Notes: a model not told the origin generated them from the sequence alone. Numbered from the whole stretch's first letter, positions 25,653 to 38,040 are shown. The stretch: DNA of 57,104 bases, filler included, from Squatina squatina (GCA_031763465.1; 4 parts of 4 records of this genome joined end to end with filler, not necessarily neighbours in it), one strand, 5' to 3'. A program made the numbers and translations.

Positions 25653-26554
25653 GTAAGAATCAGGGTTTTAATTAGGTAGTTTGGATTCCTTTCCTATTTC
25701 ATCAAGAATTCAAGTGCAGTTCCTTATTCAATTACCTTGTACATATCAGCAGAAATACAACTGATCCATCAGGGCACTCATACTTGCAGATTTGGTCCTT
25801 CATTCCTTTTTAAAGCTTTTAGGAAGATGCTTCTTTGTACACTGTTAACCTCCCCCTATTTCTGCACACATGTATACCTCACTTGTTGAGCTTCTTGTAT
25901 TTAATTTGTCTTTTCAGATGTGATTACATTGGTGGAATGGTGTGAATTGGAATTTCCACTTGTGTAATTTTTTTGTTGCAGCGTTTTATTTGCAGGNNNN
26001 NNNNNNNNNNNNNNNNNNNNNNNNNNNNNNNNNNNNNNNNNNNNNNNNNNNNNNNNNNNNNNNNNNNNNNNNNNNNNNNNNNNNNNNNNNNNNNNNACCG
26101 CCCCTTTAACTTGCACCCTACGAGCAACTGGCCGCCCTGTACGTGCCCCCTGAAACTTGCTGGCGTCGGCCAGCGCAGCTTCAGGGGTCGATACCCAATT
26201 TAGGGTCCAGGGCACTACGCATGGTGGTGACGCCGTCAACGGAGCCGGGCACTACATGTTGCAGCGGGCGCTAAACTCCTGCGGGAGTCATTAGCGGCAC
26301 CATGCCCATGCAAAAAGCCCTGAATTTCTAGGCCAGTGTCTTTATAACGTGCAAATTTAATTTTATGTTTCTTAAATGCTTGAGAACTAGGTGATGCATG
26401 TTTAACTTTATTAGTATGTAATTGTTCTCATTCTTGTACAGTGTGAAAGGATATCGAAAATCAATATTTCATTTGGGAGGTGGGAGGGACCTTTCCTGTT
26501 GCATTAACTGACTTTTAAACATGTCTGTATTTTTCCATTTGTTTTCTTTCTTAG

Positions 26555-26685
26555 GAGCTGACCTTTCTGACTATTTTAACTATGGCTTCAATGAAGAGAC
26601 CTGGAAAGCATATTGTGAGAAACAGCGAAGACTTCAGTTAGGACTTGATCCCATACTTGCATCTGGCTCAGAGAACAAAATATTG
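26555..26685 (+). CDS. FIP1L2: FIP1L1-paralogue (FIP1L2) Fip1-domain exon
   Basis: 131-nt exon, tttcttag| to |gtacag, translating (G)[43 protein letters not shown]. The Fip1 motif is clear; paralogue identity rests on divergence from FIP1L1 ([11 protein letters not shown]) and the CDX4-CHIC1 neighbourhood. Confidence 0.85.
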
Positions 26686-27157
26686 GTACAGAATACTTTG
26701 CTGCTTAATGACCTGAATAGGATGATAATTGATTTGCAACTTCACTTTGTAATACAGTTTTAGGAATTTTGCATTCAGTTTTGAATGATATAAAACAAAG
26801 TTCAGAAAATCATCAGAAGATGCTTGGACCCTTCTCTTACAATAACAGCCAGTGGGTCCAGGTTCCGTTCTAGTCTGTGCTGAGTTAGCTAATCGCTGTC
26901 ATTTTACTTGGACATGTGAGAACTTTCAGGCAGGGTCCGAGTCAAAATTTCTCATTACAGATACTCTGCGTGATATAATGTATGTTGGTAATACAGTCTC
27001 CTGTCAATGTTCAGGTATGTGTAGGTAGCACACTCTATAGGACCCAGATTCTATCTGNNNNNNNNNNNNNNNNNNNNNNNNNNNNNNNNNNNNNNNNNNN
27101 NNNNNNNNNNNNNNNNNNNNNNNNNNNNNNNNNNNNNNNNNNNNNNNNNNNNNNNNN

Positions 27158-27290
27158 AAAACAGCATGAGAACGAGGAAGGGGAAAGTCACAGACGTCAC
27201 AAACACAAGAAGAATAAACGAAACAAAGAGGACAAAGAAGCTGGGGATGAAGGTGCTACAGCGACAGAGGGAACGGAGACTAAAGAATAA
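27158..27290 (+). CDS. FIP1L2: FIP1L1-paralogue (FIP1L2) terminal coding exon (partial)
   Basis: [29 protein letters not shown]...KE* aligns with the FIP1L1 C-terminus [35 protein letters not shown] at 27524-27529. Confidence 0.85.
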
Positions 27291-28203
27291 CTAATTGCTT
27301 GCTGCTGAGCTGGTCTCCTTCACTCAGCATACTCATGGACAGTTAGCTCTGATGTTCCAGACCCTTTCTCATTAAGGGTGCTGTGAATACAACTTAAACA
27401 ACTCCATGGACAGTGATGCCTAGGAAAGCCACTGCGTAACAGTACAATGTGAAGCCTGATCCCACCTTTCTACGTGCTTACACTATATATTACTTTTTTG
27501 TATAATGTGCTTGTAAAACAAAAAATAAACGGTTTTTCTATATAGTTTGTTAAATTCAGAAGTTGGCATCTCCAAGTTTGAAAACTGATTTTATATAAAA
27601 TTATACATTTTCTACAGCTTATTAAATGTATAACTTATGGTTCAGTCATACCACTTAAGGCAGTAATGAACCAGATATAATCTTGTGCTTCAATGTTAAA
27701 CTATGAAACCTTTCTGCATTTTTAAATGTGTGAATAGATCTTTAGAGAAGGAATTTTTTTGAAGATTTAATTGGATGTTTTTTTTTTACAAATTCAAACT
27801 AGAGCCAAGTTAAGTTGCATGAACAAAAAGGACTGCTAATGCACTTGTTTGTAGCTTCAAGAAAACATGAGTGATTTTACTGCATAATGAACAGTATTGA
27901 TTCTAGCCAGCTTAATCTAGAGATTGCAAGCTTGACTCTTTTCCCCCCATGTTTCCTGATTGATCAACATTTATAATGTCCACCTTGTTGGCTCTATGCA
28001 GTAATTCCTGTATGTTCATTGTGGCTATAGCACACAAGGTCTTCCTACAAGTCAAATTGCCTAGAGCCTCAGTAAGGATACTCATGCGGTATCAAACTGA
28101 TAAGATTGGAGGCAGAGTTGAATCTCAACCCCTAAAACTTATTTTAACTGCCATAGTAANNNNNNNNNNNNNNNNNNNNNNNNNNNNNNNNNNNNNNNNN
28201 NNN

Positions 28204-28215
28204 TTAATTAATTAA
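28204..28215. other. Synthetic scaffold linker TTAATTAATTAA
   Basis: 44 N + 12-mer + 44 N. Confidence 0.95.
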
Positions 28216-28391
28216 NNNNNNNNNNNNNNNNNNNNNNNNNNNNNNNNNNNNNNNNNNNNATATTCAGGGCAGAAGCTGCCAAAGGAGGTTTAAAATAGAC
28301 CAAGCACTTTTTTTTATTTTGAAAGCAATATAAAATGGTTTCATTGTAGTTGGATCATGTGATTTACTGCTCAATTCTGTTCTTCTCAAAG

Positions 28392-28620
28392 CTCTGGAGC
28401 CACGAATTCTCACCAGATGGGACGTGCATCAATATGCAAGGAATGCATATAACCTGGGAATCCGATACATTGGCGGCTGCTGTGGATTTGAGCCCTATCA
28501 CATTAGGGCTATAGCAGAAGAGCTAGCAGCTGAGAGGGGATTCCTTCCAGCAGCTTCAGAAAAACATGATGCCTGGGGAGGTGGTCTTGCCATGCACACA
28601 AAGCCTTGGGTGCGAGCAAG
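28392..28620 (+). CDS. BHMT: Betaine-homocysteine S-methyltransferase, penultimate coding exon
   Basis: 229-nt exon, ttctcaaag| to |gtatga, translating [75 protein letters not shown](R), with the Zn-binding GGCC motif. Lies upstream of JMY, as in other vertebrates. Confidence 0.95.
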
Positions 28621-28671
28621 GTATGATTGGTAGCACTTTTCTCTGTACTAATCAAATATCTAAATCTATTG

Positions 28672-28804
28672 GGGGTAAGTTTGACTTTGGGCAATGGCAT
28701 AAAATAGGAGCTGTCAGCCACCTGTTCAACATCTCTCCTGGCTTTTTTTCCTTAAATGTTCATTTCATTCTGTTTTACACTCACCCAAAGTCAAAATTCA
28801 CCCC
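28672..28804. mobile_element. Small MITE with about 20-bp TIRs
   Basis: ggggtaagtttgactttggg ... cccaaagtcaaaattcacccc inverted termini. Confidence 0.7.
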
Positions 28805-29224
28805 ACTAAGTATAATTTTGAATTACTGATGGGCTAACTTTTTCAGCTTCCCTGATGTTGGTACAAAAGTATAAGCCAACAGAAGATGACTTGTGATAAA
28901 CTTTAACAGCAAGGCTGAAAATAAATATCCAATTCACAAATATAATGATTCAGTCAATACATTTCACACTTCGACTTTTTAAACAAATGTTGATACACTT
29001 TTATAGTAAAACATGGCAAAAGTCATAACTACCCTTGCCTCTAAACTGAGCTACTCATGCATGGAATTTAAAACCCAGAATACTGATGATGTCACTATGA
29101 AATAATGCCATTTTANNNNNNNNNNNNNNNNNNNNNNNNNNNNNNNNNNNNNNNNNNNNNNNNNNNNNNNNNNNNNNNNNNNNNNNNNNNNNNNNNNNNN
29201 NNNNNNNNNNNNNNNTACATACAG

Positions 29225-29365
29225 AAATGCTGGAAACGTGCATGTGTGGAAGTTGGATGTGCACAGGATTGGCTTAGCTGTGAAACTTCTCATATTGAAT
29301 AGCCTGCCATTGTCTAAGCTCAGTATTGGGGGGAAAAACCAGCTCCTGTGGAACTGTACTACGGA
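29225..29365 (+). mobile_element. Ancient SINE body fragment
   Basis: tgctggaaacgtgcatgtgtgg..caggattggcttagctgtga..gaatagcctgcc..tgtctaagctca motif string. Confidence 0.45.
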
Positions 29366-30289
29366 AAGCAGTCAGCACTTTCAGGATGTGAGATGGGAGG
29401 GGAGAAAATTGGAGGAAAAAGGGGATAGGAGTCAACAAAGTAATCTCATTTCACTATTATAACATCACAATCTGATTCTATGCCGATAGCTAATATGGTG
29501 ACAGCTTTTATGTACTTAGGCAGAACACAGATTCCAATGGAAATTTTATCTCGGGACCACAATCAGTTTTAAAGTTAAAAAAATGTTTTCACATTACATC
29601 TTTAAGCAGTGAAGGTTGTTTGTTTTGTTTAAAATGTTGTTTTATATATATAAATGTACAAATCAGCATATATTACAAGCAGTATGATGAGGAAATTATT
29701 GAAATCTATTTTCTTTCCGTAAAGTTAATTTTCCTTTGACTATAACCATTGAACAATCCTCACACAATTCAGGGTGGAGTCTCTTTGGGTGCCTGGAAGC
29801 ACTTAGACACTCAGTTTTACCAGTTACATACAATGCAATTTTGCATAACATGTTTCTGAAATGTTCTTGTACTCTGAACTCTAGCAACAGTTCCCTAGAT
29901 TAAAGATTTGAGTGACTAAGTAAGAAGAAATAAAATAGTGCTTCCTATTTATATAGCCTTCTCTGTTTAGAATATCTTCTCAGTAGCAAAGCAATTCCTT
30001 GCAGGCAGGGAGAATAATAGTCCATAATTATCATGATGTTTGCAATGAATTGTCACAAAAATGTGACCATCACTATAGCAACAATACAGCTGGCATCAGC
30101 AAATTAGCCAAATAGTTAGTAACCTCAGTCTGGGACAAAAAACTTAAGTGAATAAACCTGAAAACAAGAGTGACTTGGTGACAGTCCATTTTGGTGCAAT
30201 GTGCTGTAAGAATGTGGTTGTATTTTTTTCAGCACCTCCTTGAAGCTTCTTGAAGACTACCACTGGCATAAACCAGTGAATAGCTGAAG

Positions 30290-30492
30290 TGTGGAGGGGT
30301 TGGGGGTGGGGATCGGAGATTGTGTTGGAGATGGCAGATGTTGGTGGGGAAGGGTTGGGTTGGTCGGGAGGGTAAATGTTGCAGGGGAGGGGAGATGGTG
30401 GTGGGGAGAGGTTGGGGGTTGGGGAGGGTTTGGATGTGGGGAGGGAAGATGGTAGTGGTGAGAGGTTGTGGGATGGGGAGGGGTTGGGGGTG
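30290..30492 (+). repeat. G-rich low-complexity tract (GGG runs)
   Basis: Many GGG+ runs; responsible for the spurious Pro-rich minus-strand ORFs. Confidence 0.7.
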
Positions 30493-30829
30493 CAATGAAA
30501 CATCTGCGAGTAAGCTTCCTCCTTCCTATGTGCGGGTGCTCCATCTGCTTTCCTGCTAGTGACCTCCCCCTTCTCCCTATAAGCCAAATACAATGGTAGT
30601 CCAAGACTAATTCACGCAAAAATAAGTTTGCCTAACTACTGCAATCCAATCTATGGAAACTTCCTTTATGCCCCTTTCACTGATGTAGCATTGCCAATTT
30701 AGAATCTGACTTAAAGCTGGAAAATGCCTGGCAGGAGGTACATGTGACTTCAAGAATATGTTTTGGAGGATTTAATTTGTTTTATTTATAAAAAAAAAAA
30801 ATTGGGCTCCTCAATGGTCTCCAATGTGA

Positions 30830-30950
30830 AACTGAGCCATACAGGATGATCCCAAGTTCAATCCCCAGCCTATATTGAGTTAGCTGATGTCAGGCTGGAT
30901 GATGGTAAGGATGGTATATTTGGCGAGGTTACGCCCTGATTTGGGAGGCT
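30830..30950 (+). mobile_element. tRNA-derived SINE 5' part
   Basis: B-box-like aagttcaatccc followed by gagttagctgat; similar copy at 26855-26895. Confidence 0.55.
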
Positions 30951-31303
30951 CAACACAGGAGCAGCTGCTTTCATTTTATAGTTCTTTGATCTGTTTGGCT
31001 TATGCTCACCAAATGGCCAATAATACCATCTGGTTTCCATGACCAATCAGCATGCTCTAAAACTCCAACACAAACTGACAGTCCATCATTTCAATATATG
31101 GATAAGGAACAGCATCACAGCACATATGTGCCAATTAAGATGAAAGTTGTACCAGCACTTTTTGAATCTACTGCCTACAGCAGGAAAGAGTCATGTTCTG
31201 CTTNNNNNNNNNNNNNNNNNNNNNNNNNNNNNNNNNNNNNNNNNNNNNNNNNNNNNNNNNNNNNNNNNNNNNNNNNNNNNNNNNNNNNNNNNNNNNNNNN
31301 NNN

Positions 31304-31696
31304 AGGGACCAGGACCAAGATAAGGATATTGTCATATCCGATGACTGTAGTTGGGCTGGACTGTTCTCCTTCCAGGATTTGAGATCCATCCATCAGCAAC
31401 TTTGTGCCGTAAATTCAGAGTTAGAACCTTGTTTACCAGTGTTTCCTGAAGAGCCCTCCGGGATGTGGTCAGTGCTATTTGGAGCCTCTGAAGTGATTGA
31501 CGGAGAGATGGACTTGCTCTGCTTACAGCTTCAAGTTTACCTTGGCCATGCTTTGGATATTTGTGGATGGAAAATCCTGTCTCACCTCCTGTTCACTGAA
31601 AACGATAACCCAGATGAGTATTATGAGAGCTTGAGTGAACTGAGGCAAAAAGGATATGAGGAGGTATTGCAGAGAGCCAAAAAACGATTGCAGGAG
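31304..31696 (+). CDS. JMY: JMY first coding exon, 3' part
   Basis: CSWAGLFSFQDLRSIHQQLCAVNSELEPCLPVFPEEPSGMWSVLFG...LQVYLGHALDICGWKILS..DEYYESLSELRQKGYEEVLQRAKKRLQE, donor |gtgaga. Confidence 0.95.
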
Positions 31697-33719
31697 GTGA
31701 GACTACTTGTTTTTTTTTCACGTGACAAAAGTTAACTTCATTTTATTTAATCTTTTAATGACATTAGTCTTACTTTCCCAATACCATCAAACCTAATTTA
31801 ATGGTTGAGTTAATAATTGCCACCCANNNNNNNNNNTTACGTTTGTTGTTGAACTTGGAAAACAACTACTTTTTTTGTTTTTGTTAATGTTGGTTATTAG
31901 TTTCTTGGGTCCAGTTGCCAGTAAAGTAGCTATGGCGCTTGTATTTTACAAATTGATTTACTTAACAAGACCAAATTAACAGTGCAGTCTTAATCCTATT
32001 TGTAGAACCCTATCTTAATCCTCCATTAACCCTAAATCAGAGCGCTGGATGGAGCACAGCGTGGACACTTGTGAACCTTTACATCTTTGTTTTAGACTTT
32101 TTCTATCTGCCATCTGTTGATTTACATCATGGAAATGTGATCTGCATCCTAGGGAGGTCAAGCACTTCCGCAAACTTGAACTAAATCATCATAGAATAGC
32201 CTGAGGCTGGGTAGTGACAAGTAAAACCAGCTGTTCGTACCACCTGTGGGAAAAAAAACAATGCCTTGGGTTTAATCCTTTTACAGAGGAATTGAAAATC
32301 ATATGTTCAACCTCATGTCCTGCGCTTTGAATTTTAAACCCCTTCAAACAGATAATCACTGAATTGTTTCACTCTCCCATTGTGTTGACTTTATAGTTGT
32401 GAGTAAGGCATAGAGTTTGTCCTGTTGTGGAATTAGGTTGAAGTTTGCCGCCGCATATACTGCATAACAGAAGATTGTTTTATAATTAATGTCTTTTTTA
32501 AAAAAAATTCTGTTTTTGGCACTATTGCTCCCCTACCCCCTGCTATACAACACAAATAATTTCCTAACCAAGACAACCAACAGATCTGCTCCTGTTCTCT
32601 TAGTGGTACCTATGTCCAGCCACTAGCAAGTGAAAAAATGTGGGTTGGCACATCCACTGATGCATCTTTATATTTACTGTACTCCTTCCATATGGGAAAG
32701 TGGCTTGCCTTCATTGTCAACCTTTCCCTAACTACCCGTTGGGAGGAAATGCTGTATGGAATTGCCAGTGTTAAACCTGCATTCTGCTCCCAGTTGCAGC
32801 ATTTGGTGCACTGATGACTTGGGCCAGTTACAATTTTTCTGAGTTAGATGCATCAAATTCAAGAATTACTCTAAAATTCACACGGATGTATGTTCCTCCT
32901 TCCTTCTCTTGTGCACAGTGTCATTATTGTTTTAGCAGAAGTATCCTTGTATCTGTATATATGACCTTTTTTTCACACTGGAAAAGCACATACATTACTG
33001 ATTTACTGTGTTTTCTATTTCCATGGATGCCTGTGTCTCTGAGTCAATTCTACTTGTGTGTTCCTTTCTACTCACTCCCTCTTGGAAATAGTCAAATGTG
33101 CAGGAACAAGAATCTTAAGCAGCATTAAAAAAAATCTTTGCATTGATTCTGGTCTTGTTTGGACCCTAGCATGTCTGTACAAATTTTGGCAAGGAACGTA
33201 AGTGTATGTTTTATATGCTGGACTTGATTGATATAGGCTAAAAAACAAAATACAAGGACGGTGGCGTTATATTAGTATGAAACTACAGTAAAATAAATTT
33301 TTTAAAATAAATAGTACCATATATACTTGGGGCCTGAAAATGATGTTCGACACGTCTAAAACACATAAGGGGCGGGAGCTGGCATTTCTCTTGCCGGCGA
33401 CTGCCCCTTGCGGAATTGAGCGATCCAGGATACCTGCGAGATGCAGCGCGCACCCGGTTGCTCTTGGGGCGGCAGGGCTCGGACGCTGGTGGTGTGGCNN
33501 NNNNNNNNNNNNNNNNNNNNNNNNNNNNNNNNNNNNNNNNNNNNNNNNNNNNNNNNNNNNNNNNNNNNNNNNNNNNNNNNNNNNNNNNNNNNNNNNNNCC
33601 GCACTCCCCCCAGTGATCTGGCCAACACACCGCTGTGCTCCTGCTGATGGCCCAACCCCTGCTGATTTTCGACATTTGAAGACAACCTGAATCGCTAAAC
33701 ATTTTGGCCTTCTCCAGTA

Positions 33720-34330
33720 ATCTTCCATGTGATGTCTTGTCAAAGACATCTCCTAAAGTCCATTTACATTACAGCTACTCCATGTCCCTCATTACCATGT
33801 CTGTTCCCTCAAAGAATTCTGAGATCTATCAAGCACATAATTCGTTTTGAAATCTGTGCTGGTAACTTCTAACTATTTTCCTACTATCTTTACCATTACC
33901 TTTATCTGGAGACATGGTAATTTCTGGATACATGGTAATTTCATCCTTTAGTTCAGGACTTAAAATTTTCCCTACTACGGGTGTTAAGCTAACTGGCCTG
34001 TGATTATGCAGATTAGCTGTCTTTCTTTTTAAAAATGGGCACTACATTGGCCACTCTCCAGTCTTCTGGCATACATTCACACTCAACAGAGCCCCAAGGT
34101 ATAATTTCTAGGGCCTCTGCAATTTCCTCCCTCAAATTCTTCGGGATCCAAGGATGCATCCCATCAGCACCTGGCGCTTTATCTTCCCTTCTCTTAACTA
34201 ACTTATCTAAAATTTTCCTTTTATCATTCATAATATTGTCTTTGCTATCCTTCGCTTTAGTAAAGACCAATGCGCAGTAACTATTAAATACCTCTTCCAA
34301 TATTTGATCATTGTCCTCAAATTGGCAATC
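33720..34330 (-). mobile_element. CR1 LINE ORF2 fragment
   Basis: DKAPGADGMHPWIPKNLREEIAEALEII...MPEDWRVANVVPIFKK. Confidence 0.85.
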
Positions 34331-34501
34331 ACCTCGTCTCAGGGGTCCCACTTCGCATTTAACAGTTCTTACTGGTCCTTTTGATTTTGAATTGTTTCCC
34401 CTCCATACTCCCTTAGCTTGCCATATCCCACTGAACTTCTTATTTTCTCATATTCTCCTTTTTGGTTTTTTTCCATTATTATTCTTATAGTCCTCATAGA
34501 C

Positions 34502-35189
34502 CAAGGTTGTCCAACATATGGCCCGCGGGCCAGAGTACGGCTGGCCAAAGGTTTATATCCTACCCTCCATGTGTCCCTTGAGTGCACTCCACCAAAGTGA
34601 AGAAGCTCTGCTCGCGCCCCGGATCTCACTTTTCCTCACTGATTGCAGCCTTTCACTTCACCTCACATCACAAAAAATAATTACCAGCAGTTGAGCGGGG
34701 GAGTTGGCTAAAAGCTTGACAGTCCGCACATGCGCAGGGGGTGCTGGGGCTGGTGACCCCTCCCCAGTTTGACTGCTGGCACGGAAGCCACTGGGCCAGC
34801 GAGTGCGGAATGTGCCAAGGCGATACGAGGAGAGAGAGAGCATCTCACAGTGGGGAGGAAGAAGGTGTTGGTGGCAGTCGTCGTCATGCTCGCCAAAGAA
34901 AAGGATGAGTTTGGATAAAGCAGAGCTCTGCAAGAGTCTGTTACTATGGCAGCCTGTAGCTCAGGGACCGAGCACACAGGCACAGGGGAGGATGATTGAC
35001 ACGACCCAGGGTTTTGAAAGTTCAGAAAATAAGGTGCCAAGAGGGCGGGGCATAGCATTTTGCTAAGATGGCGGCTCCCATGATTACAGGCAAGCAAAGG
35101 AAAATTGATGCTGAATATCGAGTCTTCAAAGGCCCTTAGACCGATGATTTTTTTGTCATCGAACACAATGTGTCTGATATGTCAATAGA
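34502..35189 (+). mobile_element. hAT (Buster/Charlie/SPIN-like) DNA transposon, 5' end with disrupted transposase start
   Basis: Left end caaggttgtccaacatatggcccgcgggcc preceded by the 8-mer tcaTAgac. ATG at 35068 gives MAAPMITGKQRKIDAEYRVFKGP*TDDFFVIEHN/CLICQ, resembling the KRKIDxExRxF..W..FF..CLIC zinc-finger start of SPIN/GTF2IRD2-type transposases. Confidence 0.8.
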
Positions 35190-35289
35190 NNNNNNNNNNN
35201 NNNNNNNNNNNNNNNNNNNNNNNNNNNNNNNNNNNNNNNNNNNNNNNNNNNNNNNNNNNNNNNNNNNNNNNNNNNNNNNNNNNNNNNNN

Positions 35290-35945
35290 CAAAAATCTAT
35301 CGATCTCAGATTGAAAATTATTAATCCAGCGAGAATCTACTTCTTTTTGTGGGAGATAATTCCACACTTCTACCACCCTTTGCATGAAGAAGTGTTACCT
35401 AACTTATCTCCTGAATGGCCTGGCTCTGATTTTGTGGTTACGTGTCCTGGTCCTCAACACCCGACTCTATCTACCCTATCAATTCCATTCAAAATCCTAA
35501 AAACTTCAATCAAATAACCCCTTAATCTTCTATATTCCAGGGAATACAAGCCTAGTTTATGTAACCCCTCCTCATAGTCTAACCCTTAGAGCCCTGGTAA
35601 CATTCTGCTGAATCAGTGTTGCCCTTTTTCCAAGGCCATACATCCTTTCTAAGGTGCGGTGCTCCAGAACTGTCCAGAGTACACCAGTTGTGGTACAGAG
35701 CTCTGTATAGCTGTAGCAAAACTTCCTTCCTTTTATATTCCATCCCTCTAATTATAAAGGTGAATCTTCCATTAGCCTTTTTGATTATTTTTGCACCTGA
35801 CGGCTACATTTTAGTGATCTGTGTGCATGGACTCTTAAATCTCTTTGGCCCTCCACTGTTCCCAGCTTTTCACCATTTAAATAATACGCAGATCTATCCT
35901 TTTTTGGTCCAAAATGGATGACCTCACATGGAAATCCATCTGTCA
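35290..35945 (-). mobile_element. CR1 LINE 3' region
   Basis: CEVIHFGPKKDRSAYYLNGEKLGTVEGQRDLRVH and QRVVEVWNYLPQKEVD..INNFQSEIDRFL. Confidence 0.88.
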
Positions 35946-36175
35946 CCACGCGCCCCCGCCCCCACCCACCGCCCCCCACCAATCCCTGATTCCCAGATGA
36001 CACCCACCCCTACCGATCCTCAATCCACTCCTCCCAGGAGCCCCAACCACGCCACAACCAATCCCCCCCACCCCACCACACACTCCCGCGATCCCTTCCC
36101 CAGACCGGCCCCCGACCCCTCGCTCCCCTCCACATCTGCAGGCCTACCCACCCGCAGCCAGCCAGAATGAAAGGC
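35946..36175 (+). repeat. C-rich low-complexity tract
   Basis: Dense CCC runs, probably the interior of a MITE. Confidence 0.6.
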
Positions 36176-36313
36176 TGGCTGGCCGCGGGTGGGAATCCGA
36201 GATCCAAGACCTCNNNNNNNNNNNNNNNNNNNNNNNNNNNNNNNNNNNNNNNNNNNNNNNNNNNNNNNNNNNNNNNNNNNNNNNNNNNNNNNNNNNNNNN
36301 NNNNNNNNNNNNN

Positions 36314-37821
36314 ATAATGGCTGGAATCAGCTGTTCCTCCCATTTGATGATGGTAGTGATGGGATCAATTTGAGATGCTACTAATTTGTACATGCACTTC
36401 TGTCTTTCTATGGTGAGATTAGAAATGCCAAAGCTCAAGGGAACAATTTAGAATTTTATAGGAATTCTTAATGAATTCCTTGTAGCTCATCCTAATGTTT
36501 AGTTCAATGTAAAATTATACTGAAAACCGTTCTTGGCACTGTTGTCCATTTTGTCTTTAAAATAAAATTATATTTGTTTTATTATACAGATCTCGCTGGA
36601 GAATGATTACCTTGGCCCACGCAGAATTGAGAGTCTGAAGAAAGAAGATTCTGATTGGCAAAGGAAAGCCCACAGAGCTGTACTATCCATACAGGATTTA
36701 ACAGTGAAGTACTTTGAGATCACAGCCAAAGCACAGAAAGGTGGTGTACCTGAATTCTCTATTTAGTAATCACAGACCCTGTCAATGGAAATTCTCATAT
36801 TTAATGTGGGTGTAGATGGGAATTTAAAGCTGTGTTATAAAACTGATGAAAAACTTCAGTCACAAATTAACTGATTTTAGATATATAGATATGTAATTTT
36901 GGGCACATCAGATATTTCATCATCAATTTTTAAAACATAGATTTTGGTGCCATTTTTCTCATGTAATTTTCAGTAGGATCCTCAACGTCTCCTGCCCTGG
37001 GGGAAAAAAAAGTCAGTAAACTTTTTTGCCTTCATTTAAGTCTAGTGCTGATCAAGGTCAGGGATATAAATACGTATATAAATATGTCATACATTTTGCA
37101 GATAATTCTGGATTCATACACTCTCAAGTCAAGCATTAGGAGTAGAGTAAAGCTTATTTTACACTGCCCCAACATTCTTTCTGAAGTATCAGCAGTATAA
37201 CATTATCCACTTTCCACACCAACCATCCTTGTGGTTTCTAGAAATCAGGCTGCCGAATAGAGATGATCCCATCAGTTCAGGCTAGGTTTGAACTAAGGTC
37301 TTAATGCCCCATAGTAACTGCATAGTTGCTTTGCTAACCAACAAAGATAAATGCTTTGTTGTTTCTATTATTTCAATCTTTTCAATTCTCAGACCTGATG
37401 GAAGGAGTTGCCTTCCTCAGTGAGTAGGTTTCATATTTAGAATCCTTGTACTGAAAGGCCTTTACAGCTTTAAAAATGCTCAGTCTGTTTCTGTGCTGGA
37501 ACGTCTGCTAAGATTACAACTGCAAATACCTGTTGCTAAATATTATATAATAGAGTTCAAAAACCAAGTGGTGTTTGTAAATTGAGAATTTTCTAGTTTT
37601 AAACCAAATAATTTAAAAAATGTTGGTCTTCATTTGGGTGCATAATTCTACTTTGGTTGTCATAAGACTAAACTCCTTGACCTCCTCCCCACACAAATAG
37701 CTTCCACTAATACTATTTTAATTACTAACTGATACTGCAATATTATAATGGCTGGAATCAGCTGTTCCTCCCATTTGATGATGGTAGTGATGGGATCAAT
37801 TTGAGATGCTACTAATTTGTA
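36314..37821. repeat. Contig with identical 77-bp direct repeats at both ends (36314-36390 = 37745-37821)
   Basis: The exact 77-mer ataatggctggaatcagctg...ctaatttgta abuts both flanking gaps. Confidence 0.92.
36590..36740 (+). CDS. JMY: JMY internal exon
   Basis: 151 nt, ttatacag| to |gtggtg, translating ISLENDYLGPRRIESLKKEDSDWQRKAHRAVLSIQDLTVKYFEITAKAQK. Confidence 0.93.
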
Positions 37822-37921
37822 NNNNNNNNNNNNNNNNNNNNNNNNNNNNNNNNNNNNNNNNNNNNNNNNNNNNNNNNNNNNNNNNNNNNNNNNNNNNNNN
37901 NNNNNNNNNNNNNNNNNNNNN

Positions 37922-38040
37922 ATGGGGAACAGGCAGGAAAGTGGAGTTGAGGCCAGAATCAGATCAGCCACGATCTCATTGAATGGCGGAGCAGGCTCAA
38001 GGGGCCGAATGGCCTACTCCTGCTCCTATTTCTTATGCTC
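37922..38040 (+). mobile_element. CR1 LINE 3' tail
   Basis: gggccgaatggcctactcctgctcctatttcttatg terminus. Confidence 0.8.

Noticed and set aside
27290-28392. Novel FIP1L2-BHMT (and FNIP2-CDX4) synteny or rearrangement
   Set aside because: Both junctions cross synthetic linkers.
30144-30619. Pro/His-rich ORFs, also at 35928-36170
   Set aside because: By-products of G/C-rich low-complexity tracts; not the JMY polyproline region.
32803-32856. TGATGA...CTGA with a terminal stem, resembling a C/D snoRNA or SECIS element
   Set aside because: Only about 21 nt separate the boxes, the SECIS helix II does not pair in register, and the site is intronic.
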